In this document: positions 50,245-61,058 of the stretch, piece by piece
How positions within the stretch are numbered: position 1 is the first letter of the stretch
How the letters are laid out: each line of letters starts with the position of its first letter
Assembly: GCF_963921235.1 (NCBI RefSeq)
Contig: NC_086101.1
Span: 36,518,001 to 36,582,000, forward strand
Source: Mobula hypostoma
Lineage: Eukaryota
Direction of reading: 5' to 3'
Length of the DNA stretch: 64,000 bases
Notes under the pieces: generated by a model
The model's database searches: none
Seen by the model: the letters and a program-made list of their open reading frames with translations, nothing else
What the model was told of the DNA's origin: nothing
Made by a program: the position numbers and the translations under genes

Positions 50245-51018
50245 CTCATTAGAGGTGCAAAGGGTTAGCAACTTTAAATTCCTGGGTGTTACTATTTTAG
50301 TGGCCCTGTCCTGAACCCAGCACATAGAGTGCAATTGCGAAGAAAGCACGGCTGCGCTGCTACTTCCTAAGAGTTTGCGCAGATTCGGGGTGACATCTAA
50401 AACTTTAACAAACTTCCATAGATGTTTAGCGCAGAGTGTATTAACTGGCTGCGTCACAGCCTGGTATGGAAACTCCAATGCCTTTGAACAGAAAATCCTA
50501 CAAAAAGTAGTGGATATGGCCCGGTCCATCACGGATGAAGTCCTCCCCACCACTGAGTACATTTACATGAAACGCTGTCGTAGGAAAGCTGCGTCCGTCA
50601 TCAGAGATCCCCGCCACCCGGGTCAGGTTCTCTTCTCGCTGCTGCAGTCAGGTAGAAAGTACGAGAGCGTCAGGACTCACCACCAGGTTCAAAAACAGTT
50701 ACTACCCTTCAACTAGCAGACTCTCGAATAACAGGGGATACCTACACTCAACTTCACTTGCTCCATGATTGAAATGTTCGCACAACCAATAATCTCACTT
50801 TCAATGACTCTTTATCTCATGATCTAGTTATTTATTGCTATTTATTTATATTTGAATTTGCACACTTTGTTGTCTTCTGCACTCTGGTTGATCTTTTATT
50901 GATTATGTTATAGCTGCTAGTCTATAGATCTGCTGAGTGTGCCAGCGGGAAAATGAATCTCAGGGTTGTATATGGTGACATGGGTTCTTTGATAATAACA
51001 TTTACTTTAAACTTTCAA
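50245..51018 (+). mobile_element. Rex1/Babar 3' fragment immediately upstream of the pcca promoter
   Basis: ORF 50375-50716 TLTNFHRC..GCVTAWYG..LLQSGRKY. Confidence 0.88.
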
Positions 51019-52589
51019 TGGCCTCACTCACTCCTCTGCTGTAGGAACTCAGTAGGCCAAGCTGCATCTGTGGGAGGAAGAACTATCAATGTTTCGCGTT
51101 GTAGAAGATTGTGTGTTTGTACATTTAAAGTTATATATTACAGATGGTGAAAATATCAAATAACAGTAAAATGAGGAATTAGGAAGTATTTGTGGAGAGA
51201 GGAACAGAATATTTGTCAGAACAGAGTAATTGTTTTAAAAAGGTGCTTGGTTCTTGCTGTCTCTGAAAGGCAGCGTCCATTACCCACGGCATGCCCTTTT
51301 TTCATGGTACTATACTACCTGAAGACACACACTCAGCGATTCAGGAACAGCTTCTTCCCCTTTGCCATCCGATCCCTAAATGTACATTGAACCCATGAAT
51401 ACTACCTCACATTTTTAATATATATTATTTCTGTTTTTGTATGGTTTAATCTATTCAATGTACGTATACTGCAATTGATTTACTTATTTTTTTATTATTA
51501 TTATTATTTTCCTCTTCTTATATTATGTATTGCATTAAACTGTTGCTGCTAAGTTAACAAATTTCACGACACATGCTGGTAATAATAAACCTGATTTTGA
51601 TTCTGAACTGGACTTGGGATGAAAACTGCAGATGGCATAAGAACATGGCATATGATTAACTGTCAAAAAGATCTTAAACAAAACTGTACATTGCAGCTTT
51701 ATCTGAATTCATAAAATTTAGGAATCAGGTTGAGCCAAAACAAAAGCCTTTGACCCTTAAATGTTAACACTGTTTCTCTCTCCATAAATGCTGCCTGACA
51801 TGCTGAGTACTTCCAGAATTTTTCAGTTTCATTTCAGTTATTTGTTCACAGCAAGTTCCAAGTGTTATAACTATCACTTATTCATCAGGTTACCTCTTAA
51901 TTCAGAACACAGAAGTAGGATTAGCCATGCAATCCCTTGAGAGCCTACTCGCCCATTCAATATGATTGTAGCTGATCTGGTAGTTGTTTTAATCATAATC
52001 AGAATCAGGTTTATTATCACTAACATATGTTGTGAAATTTGTTGCGTTGGCAGCAGCAGTACAGTGCAGGACATAAAAATGTTAGTGAAAAAGTTCAAAA
52101 GAGGAATAATGAGGTAGTGTTCATGGGTTTATGAACCATTCAGAAATCTTGTGGCAGAGAGGAAGAAGCTGTACCTAACACCTTGAGTCTGGTTCTTCAC
52201 CTCCTCCCCGTTGGCAATAGCCCTCTTTTCCTGCTCAACCAAATAACATTGAATCATAATAAAGTAGAGGGTAGGAGTGGACTCTCACAGACTACCTCAT
52301 CCATGCAGACGGTAGTACTTACCTAGACTAATCTCAATTGCCTGCATACAGCCCATAGCTCTCCACACCCTCCCTGTGCCTGTACAAAGGCTCTTTAATC
52401 ATCATAATTGTATCTGCCTGCACTATCTCCTCTGGCAGCTCATTCCAAATATTCCCATCCTGTTTGAAAAGAAGTGTACTCACTTACGATTCTCATTCCT
52501 AGTCCTAGAGTTCCCTGCCCTTGGAGGGAAAAGACATTACAACCATCTATTCTAACTATGCTCCTCATAATTTAGTAAACCTCCATAAA

Positions 52590-53875
52590 GGACCGGATGT
52601 ATAAATATTAGGATAGACAAGGACTGATTAGAGATAATCAACATGGTTATATCTAATCAACCTTAAGGTTTTTTGAGGAAGTTGCTTGGAAAGTTGATGA
52701 ATGCAAGGCAGTGGATATTGCCTTCAAGGCCTTTGACAAGGTCCCACATGGGAGGTTGGTCAAGAAGGTACAATTGCTTGGCATGCAAGATGAGGTAGTA
52801 AACTGAATCAGTCATTGTCTTCATGGGAGAAGCCATGGAGTGGTAATAGAAGATTGCCTCCCTGACTGGAGACCTGTGACTTTTGGTTTGCCATGGGATT
52901 GGTGCTGAATCCATTGTTTTCTTTTGTCATCTATATCAATGATCTGGATGATAATGTGGTAAACTGGATCTGAAAATTTGTGGATGACATCAAGATTGAT
53001 AGTGTAGTAGAAACTGAGGAAGGCTGTCAAAGCTTGCAGCAGGATCTGAACCAGCTGGGAAAATGGTGGATGGATGCAGACAAGAATGAGGTGTTGCACT
53101 TTGGAAGGAGAAACTAGGACAAGACTTACACAGTGAAATGGTAGGGCACTGAGGATTGTGGTTGAACCAAGAGATCTGGAATACAGATCCATAATTTCTT
53201 AAAATTAGATTCACAGCTAGAAAGGACATAAGGAGAGCTTTTGGCACATTGGTCTTCAAAAATCAAAGTATTGAGTACAGGAGTTGAGATGTTATTGTAT
53301 ATAATTTTTTGATTTGGTGAGGCCAAATTTGGAGTGTTGTGTACAGTTCTAGTCACCTACCTACTGGAAAGGTATCAATGGATTGAAAGACTACTGTGAA
53401 AATTTACAAGGGTGTTGCTGGGACTTGAGGATCTGCGTTACAGTATGGGAAAAGGTTAAATAGGTTAGTACTTTCTTCCTGGTGTGTAGGAAACTCAGGG
53501 AAGATTTGACACTTATACAAAACTATGAGGGGTATAGATACTGTAGTGTAATTACAAACAGGCTACTTCTGCTGAGGTTGGGTGAGACTAAAACTGGAGG
53601 TCATAGGTTAAGAGTGAAAAGAAAAATATTTAAGGGGAACCTGAGGAAAACCTCTTCACTCACAGGGTGGTGCAAGTGTGGAATGAGCTGCAGGTAGAAG
53701 TGGTGGATGTGGGTTTGGCTGCAACATTTAAGAAAAGTTTGGATAGATACGTGATGGGAGGGGTATGGAGGGCTAAGGTACCAGTGTGGGTCAATGTGAC
53801 TAGACAGAATAACAGTCAGCACAGAACGAGGCCTTTTAGTGCTGTAGTGCTCTATGACACGAGGACTCATCGGAA
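52590..53875 (+). mobile_element. CR1 LINE 3' fragment
   Basis: Homologous, in inverted orientation, to 47690-48952. Confidence 0.88.
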
Positions 53876-53901
53876 TTAGTCATTATTTATTTATTAGTCT
53901 T

Positions 53902-54095
53902 GGGGTGTCTGGGGTGTCAGGGAGGGGTAGCATCTCTGGTGGGGGAACATGTCGCGTCCTTTTCAGGGCAGTTAGTCCACCTTTGGTCCCCACCTGGCAC
54001 TCAGCTCTCACCTGTGGCTCCCCGTAGCTGTTTGCATGCGACAGCGGCCACACCCCGGGCAACGGCTTCGAGAAACCGGCTAAACCAGGTGAGGG
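53902..54095 (+). ncRNA. HDV-like (nested double pseudoknot) self-cleaving ribozyme at the 5' end of an RTE-type non-autonomous retroposon
   Basis: P1 GGGGTGT (53902-08)/ACACCCC (54050-56); P2 CTCTCACCTG (54005-14)/CAGGTGAGGG (54086-95); P3 GGC (54016-18)/GCC (54047-49); L3 starts TCC; GGGCAA after P1'; P4 CGGCTT-CGAG-AAACCG; J4/2 GCTAA with putative catalytic C54080. Element order is identical to the HDV genomic ribozyme. Confidence 0.8.
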
Positions 54096-54468
54096 TAGCC
54101 GACGGGTCTCAAACCCTCGGTGTGATAGGGAGTTGTCTATCCCAGCATGTGAAGACAGACTCCGGCGGATTGAGCAGACGAGACCTATGGAAGGTCCAAC
54201 GGTCAAGAAGGCGGTCTCTGCAAGCGTCGTGGAACATGTAGAGCAGGACAAGACACAGAAGATGTCCTGGTCATCCACTGCGCCTAGTCCCATCTCCAGC
54301 TGTCTAGACTCTGTCTTGCCACTGGATCCAGATGGGAATTAGGAAGAGAGAGTGAGGCTGATGCTGCGCAACTCGCCCTCACTTAAATCCAAATCACGCG
54401 CTAGTCTTGACACCATCATAATGGTGTCGAGGTCCTCATCGATGTCAACGATGGATGAACAACCAACC
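53902..54468 (+). mobile_element. Complete non-autonomous RTE-like retroposon (ribozyme head, AACC-repeat tail)
   Basis: 8-bp TSD ATTAGTCT (53893-53900 and 54469-54476); tail AACAACCAACC; no recognisable RT-coding ORF. Confidence 0.75.
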
Positions 54469-55379
54469 ATTAGTCTCAAGGTGGGCATCAGCATACCAGG
54501 TGAACACATCAAACAACACAGCTAGGCCAATCCCATTCTCATCTCAAGGAGTATTAAACAGCAATCCGCAGAAAGAACTTGGTCCTACGTATTCTGCAAG
54601 GCCACAATGGACAATGGGGCAAATTACCCAGAAACCTGTTATGTTATCCTTAAGTTTATGACCAGTCAAGGCAAAGTGGTCCATATGATTGTGAGCCTAT
54701 TCACTACTTAAAGCTATTAATTCCCTCCAGCCAGAGCGCTATTTACAAGATGCAGCATAGCAACCTGACAGCCAATCCCGTCCCTACACCCTGAAAGACT
54801 TTGACTTCTTTCACCTGGAAGGAGCTCAGCAGATGTTGCACCTGCATCGTTGCTGCCATGACACGCACTATCCTGAATTTGAAGTACATTGTTCTCTCTC
54901 ACTGCTATTGGGTCAAAATCTTAGCATGCCACGTCCAACTGCATTCAGATTCTGATTTATTAATCACATGTAGTACACTGAAGCATACAGTGAAATGTGA
55001 CATTTGCATAAACAACTACCATACCCAAGGATGTGCTGGCGGCAGCCTGAAAGTATGTCCGTGTGTTTAGGCACCAACCTAGCAAGCCCGCCACGCTCAG
55101 CAGAACAACACCAAACACAACAAAACAAAACATACCATTCAACAAAGCAACAACAGCAAACAAGCCCCATTCCTCACTCCCACCCATTTGCACCCATACA
55201 GATTCCTTTAACCCCAGGACAGGCCATCTTCTTCAGCTGACGTTTTGTATTAGCAACGTTCATATCATTCCTTCACTACCCATATGTCAATGATTCAGGG
55301 GTCAACTAACAGTGGTCATAAATGGCAATCCTGTTTAAGAGATTAATAAAATATGGTATATTTATTTAAACTCTGCTAT

Positions 55380-55626
55380 GGAGGGTTAAAGCTTGGCTAT
55401 GAAAGGAGGAAGGTTGGTTATGGGGCTTGCAACCCCAACCTGGAAAATCCCAGTGCTATAAAAATGCCAAGAGAAACTCCAAAGTCTTCATCCTTGAGAG
55501 AGGAAGATTCTTCGAAGATGGGCTACATCCAGGGACAATTTGCAAGACAGGTCCAAGAGAGAGGACTCTAGCAAGCTGCTCTTGGTGGCCTTTGCCCCAG
55601 TAGGGGTAATGAGCTGAGAAGAAGAA
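55380..55626 (+). mobile_element. RTE-derived short element fragment (related copy ~56105-56476)
   Basis: Shared GGGGCT.GCAACCC.A.C..GTAAAA and GGCCTTTGCCCCAGTAGGGGT motifs; short tandem-repeat tails. Confidence 0.55.
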
Positions 55627-57127
55627 TATTTATTTACCAGCTCTCGGAAGTTATTATAAGTCATGTGAAAATATATAATGAAATATCTTCTAATTGCAAT
55701 CTTTGAAGTTCAAAAAGTTCAGGGTAACTTTATTATTAAAGTACATACAGTATATGTCACTGTATACAACCCAGAGATTCATTTTCTTGTGGGCATACTC
55801 AATAAATCCAATAACCATAATGGAGTCCCTGAAAGATGGCACCAACGGGGTGGAAAACCAGTATGGGAAAGACAGTGAACTGTGCAAATACAAAAAGAAT
55901 GAAAAAAAAATAATTTTAAAAAATAAATAAACAATAAATATTAAGAGATCTCAAAAGCTATTTTATATTTCCCTATGTACCACTACCTTACACAACCTTT
56001 CCTCTGATCATTTCATCTCCTCTGGTTTCCGCATCCTCTGCACATGCCCAGCAGAAGTATGGATTAGTAGGGTAATTGGTCACAGGGGTGTAACAGGATC
56101 ATTGGAACCCCACCATGGACAGTCCCAAAGCTGGCTGCAAGAGGAGGAGGGATGGACATGAGGCTACTAATCATATCTGGTAAAAACCTCGACATACAGG
56201 AACACCAACAGAAACCCCAAAGACCTCACCCCTTGGAAAGGAAGAATTTGACCAAGAAGACATTCTGAAATTGTGCAGTGAAAGCCACAAGTCCATGGAA
56301 GCCAAAAGGCCTATGAACCCAGACTGGGCTAAGAACACCTGGCAACGCGACCTTGAGGCTGACATCAAGAAGATAGGCTACTCCTGGGGTCTGGCCCAGT
56401 ACAGAGGACTCTGATGAGCTGCTGTCAATGCCCTTTGCCCTAGCAGGGGTGATAGGCTTAACTAACTAGCTAACTACAGGTTCATTGAGTTGCCATGCTG
56501 CATTCTCCCCCAGTTGCAGTGGCAAGTCATCAACAAACCTTAACTCTGTTTCACTCTCCATGTATGTTGATTGTCCTGTTGAGTGTTTTCTGAGTTGCTT
56601 CCAAAGATATCACTATGTAATCAATACAACATCTTTCTACTGAATTGAAATGGTAATGTATCCAAACTTCGCAAACCAATAGTAAAATTGTCAAATGGTA
56701 ATTGACTTCAGGCTTGACCCACAATATGTTTTGTAATGGTACCTGAAATCCCAAAATAAATACATGTTTGCAATCCATGCCAAAAGTCCACATCTGTTTA
56801 TACAAACATGAATACAAAATACACCTGCTCAGGAGCATAAACTACTGCGCTGCACATCAAACTGTCACACAGAAAATTTGCCTTTAACCAGATGTCATAC
56901 TTCTAAATTGTCTTTAACAGGATTAACAATAATTAATTGAACTGTTACCTTAAGAAAGAGACTAATCACATAAAGAGTGTGTTGTACAGAAGGAAGCCAT
57001 TCTGCCCAAGATGTTGCATTTATTCTCTCCCTAAGCCTCTTCCATCTCAACTCATCTAACCTTCTCAGTCTCTAATTGTGGCCAAGTTTTCCCCCTTAAT
57101 ATGTTCATGACACTCTCTCATATCCTC

Positions 57128-57227
57128 TGTCCCGACGAAGGGTCTGGGCCCGAAATGTCGACTGTACTTTTATTCCATAGATGCTGCCCGACCTGCTGAG
57201 GTCCTCCAGCATTTTGTGTGTGTTGCG
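57128..57227 (+). mobile_element. Penelope mini-insertion (degenerate hammerhead CCGACGA...GAAA)
   Basis: Same terminal sequence as the other copies; no clear TSD. Confidence 0.7.
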
Positions 57228-58351
57228 TGGCGAGTTTCAAGTTCATCACAATCAATTACCCTTAAGCAACAACACCAGTCACGCGACCGAGGAGGTAAAT
57301 GCTGCAGATGAACCAAACAATAAAGAGAACCTTCGATTCCTATATGTCTCCATTGAGATTTGAATCTTCTGTAATACTTACACCTGAAAAAAGAATACTT
57401 TGTAACCATAAAATATTAATATTTCTTAAAGGCTTGCACTTAGACTCCGTCGCCAACACCACGGGGAAAAGGGAGTTTAAAAACTATTGGGATAGAGGTA
57501 GGAAGTTAGGAGGAACTCTCATGCCAGCAAACCGCACTGGATTTAGTTTTAACCCCCATCAGTGCTGTTTTCCCTTCTCTCGTGGTGTTGGGGTCTAGTT
57601 CCCCGGACTCTTCCCCAGATGTATTTAGTTTTGGTTTTTGTAAAAGACAATGCTGTTTCACGCTCTACCAAAAAGCGGTCGGAAGATTAAAATGTAGCTT
57701 TTTGGTAGATCAGTTGAATATTACACTCAATTAACATTGCACAGAAGTATTGGAATGCAATTTCCAGATTAAATCATGTAGATTCGGTATGAGTAATTCC
57801 TCTCGCACTATAAGCTATACAAATATTAGTTTTTTATTATGAAAGCTGATTTTAGTGCTGAACAAATTTAGTTTCAACCTCTGCTTATTCTCTAAAGTTA
57901 AAAATGTCTATAAAATTCCCAGAAAATAAACTGGCGGCTAAGTATAGAATGGCAATATTATATTTGTTCTCCAATAACGATGAAATGTGGTGAGAGCAGC
58001 AATGAGCGTTTGGTTAATATGGGACATGTTTTGGCTTTTGGTGTAAAAAATATTATTTGCAGGAAGCACATCAGGAGAGTTGGCTTTACCAATTAAAGCC
58101 AGACTATGTGTTATAAAAGCAGAGATCATGTTTTTATAGACTAGAATTGACACAGCAAGGAAAATAAAGCAGACGTATAAATGATTTAATATCAATCAAT
58201 GTTTTTCTCTAACGCTTGTGTAACATCGAATGCGTCTTTTATCGTTAATTTTGTAAAGATGCACTCTCGTGAATCCTGGTCGTAGACAAGAAGATGAAAA
58301 AGAAAACAGTCTACAATGGAATTAAACTCACTGGTTAAAGTCGACACTGTG

Positions 58352-58551
58352 NNNNNNNNNNNNNNNNNNNNNNNNNNNNNNNNNNNNNNNNNNNNNNNNN
58401 NNNNNNNNNNNNNNNNNNNNNNNNNNNNNNNNNNNNNNNNNNNNNNNNNNNNNNNNNNNNNNNNNNNNNNNNNNNNNNNNNNNNNNNNNNNNNNNNNNNN
58501 NNNNNNNNNNNNNNNNNNNNNNNNNNNNNNNNNNNNNNNNNNNNNNNNNNN
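58352..58551. other. Assembly gap (200 N)
   Basis: Run of N. Confidence 1.
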
Positions 58552-58591
58552 GAGACTTCGAATGGTGATTTGAACAGAGGCTGCACTGTAG

Positions 58592-58683
58592 TACCCTGCC
58601 AAAGGGTTTCGGCCTGAAACGTCAACTGTACTCTTTTCCTAGATGCTGCCTGGCCTGCTGAGGTCCTCCAGCATTTTGTGTGT
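58592..58683 (+). mobile_element. Penelope mini-insertion in a Deu-SINE
   Basis: TSD GCTGCACT(G/A)TAG (58580-91, 58684-95); hammerhead core decayed (CTGCCAA). Confidence 0.7.
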
Positions 58684-58952
58684 GCTGCACTATAGGACTT
58701 GCTACCTTTCAGGTGATATATACAGTGCCTTGTAAAAGTATTCAGTCCCCAATCCTTTGCTCACACAAATGAGTATTAGAACCAGGGATTTTGATCAATT
58801 TAATTGAGAGGTTTTATTTGTGAATCACATGCGTCTTTTTTCACAGTAGAGCCCAAAATACAGGGAAAATTATAAAGCATTAAAAATTAAAGATTCAAAA
58901 ACTGAAATGTCAGCAGTTTAAAAGTATTCATCCCCCCTTTGCTCAGTACTAA

Positions 58953-59465
58953 AGCCTGGTTTATACTTCTGCGTTAACTGGATGCCGTAACCTATGCAAG
59001 TGGCCTACGCGTGTTGTGCGCATTTATACTTGTGCATTGGTGTGTCTGCGTCGCTTGGCAATTCGGGCACGTCACGCATGCGCACTCACCTGCCCGCGCA
59101 AGGCTTCATGGTCATGGTAGTCTCCGGGTAAACAAGACGCGTGCATTTTTTTTCGTGCGAAATGTGTCCTCCATAATTTCGGAGGTCTGTAAAGCTTTAT
59201 GAAAAGCATTGCAGCCAGAGTTCCTTCCCTGCCCTTCAGTCGCCCAATGGGAAGCTACTGCAGCGTAGGATGCCATGCGATGCTACCAAGCGGACCAATC
59301 ACAGTTGTTGCGTTCTGCGTTGCCACGACATGCAGTTACATTTTGGGAGGGGTGCGCATCGCAGCAACGCAGGCTCTCGCTTCGAGTTCCGCGTCGGCTT
59401 TGCATAGGGTATGCGGCGACGCAGACCTTACAGCGACGCGTTGACGCAGAAGTATAAACCAGGCT
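58953..59465. mobile_element. PIF/Harbinger-like MITE nested in Tc1
   Basis: TIR AGCCTGGTTTATACTTCTGCGT / ACGCAGAAGTATAAACCAGGCT, flanked by TAA/TTA (TWA-type target). Confidence 0.8.
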
Positions 59466-60336
59466 TTAGTTCAACCACTTCTCGCAGCTCTTACAGCCAG
59501 CAGTCTATTAGTTTTGCACAATGTTATGGAGCAAGATTTGCCCACTCTTCCTTGCAAAATTGCTCAAGCTGTGCCAGGTTAGTTGGGGAGCGGTGGTGGA
59601 TGGCAGGCTTGAGGTCTTGCCAGAGCTGTGCGATCAGATTAAGGTCAGAACTCTGACTGCCCACAGAAGGACATCGATTTTCTTCATTTGAAGCCACTCC
59701 ATTGTTGCTTTGGGTCGTTGTCCTGCTGAAAGATGAATTCTCTCTCTGGCAGAGGTTAGCAGGTTTTTATCTAGGATCTTTGTATTGAGCAGCATTCATT
59801 TTCCCATCAATTCTGACCAGATTTCCGGTCCCTGCTGCTGGAAAGTACCCCCAGGGCATGATGCTACCAGCATTGCCACCATACTTTACAGTAGGGATGG
59901 TGTTATCTGACTGATGCGCAGTATTAAATTTATGCCATATGTACCACTTAGTGTTGAGGCCAAAAAGTTTCACTTTAGTTTCATTCAATCACAAGATTTC
60001 CTCCACATTTTTACAGTATCTTCTAAGTGAAGCTTTGCAAAGTCTTTATGGGCAAGAATATATATATTTTGGCTAGGGCTTCTTCCTTGCCACTCTTCCA
60101 TAAGTACCTTTTGCTGCAAGACCTCACAGATTGTGGAGCCATGAACTTCATCTCCTGTTGCAGCCACTGAGTTCTGCAGCTCACTCAGAGTGACGGTTGG
60201 TGTCACAGCAGCCTCTCTTACATGTGCCATTTTTTTTCCAGTGACTAAATTTAGAGAGGCAACCTGAGTTAGGCAGTGGTTTCATATTTTTTTTCACTTT
60301 TTCCACAATGGATTTCACTAAGCTCAGAGGTAAGTT

Positions 60337-60427
60337 TTACACACAAAATACAGGAGGAACTCAGCAGGCTAGGCAGGATCTATGAAAAAAAGTAAACAGT
60401 CAACGTTTCGGGCCGAGACCTTTCATC
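60337..60427 (-). mobile_element. Penelope mini-insertion inside Tc1 element
   Basis: TSD AGGTAAGTT (60328-36, 60428-36); CTGATGA...GAAACGTT core lacking the stem I 5' strand. Confidence 0.75.
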
Positions 60428-60639
60428 AGGTAAGTTCCTCCTTCAGTGCCTCTTGTACCCTTCCCCAGGTTTGTGTTTCTCTATTATAATTTCCCTGACT
60501 TGCCTTGAATGCTATTTTGTTTTCATGCTGCTTTGGTCTGCTGAAAATCTCCCAAACTGTTGGACTTCACATAAAGAGGGGACATTTACTTAGGTGATCC
60601 TCCAACTTTCTACATCAACAGACTGGGTGAGTTGGTAAG

Positions 60640-61058
60640 GCAATATACAGTATCTACAACATTGACAAACATCTACAGATGTGTGGTAGAGAGCACAATG
60701 ACTAGCTGCATCATAGCCTGGTGTGGAAACACCAATGCCCTTGAATGGAAAATCCTACAAAAAGTAGTAGATATGGCCCAGTCCATCATGGGTACATCTA
60801 CACAGAGCATTGAGTACATCATTGCGCACGTAGATTGAGCACATCTACAAGGAGCATTGTTGCAGTAAAGCAGCATCCATCATTACGGACCTTCCCACCC
60901 AGGTCATGCTCTTTTCTCAACGCTCAATTCTTTCATTGAGTCTATTATGGTTATTACTCTATTATGGATGTATTGAGTAGGCCCACAAGAAAATTAATCT
61001 CAGGGTTGTATATGGTGACATGTATGTACTTCGATAATAAATTTACATTGAACTTTGA
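60640..61058 (+). mobile_element. Rex1/Babar 3' fragment nested in Tc1
   Basis: TLTNIYRCVVES..CIIAWCG; same tail as 50950-51018. Confidence 0.8.

Noticed and set aside
57664-57709. 13-bp hairpin as a pre-miRNA
   Set aside because: The stem is too short and does not extend into the flanks; kept only as a feature of the candidate enhancer.
58192-58625. Three ORFs spanning the N run
   Set aside because: Artefacts of the assembly gap.
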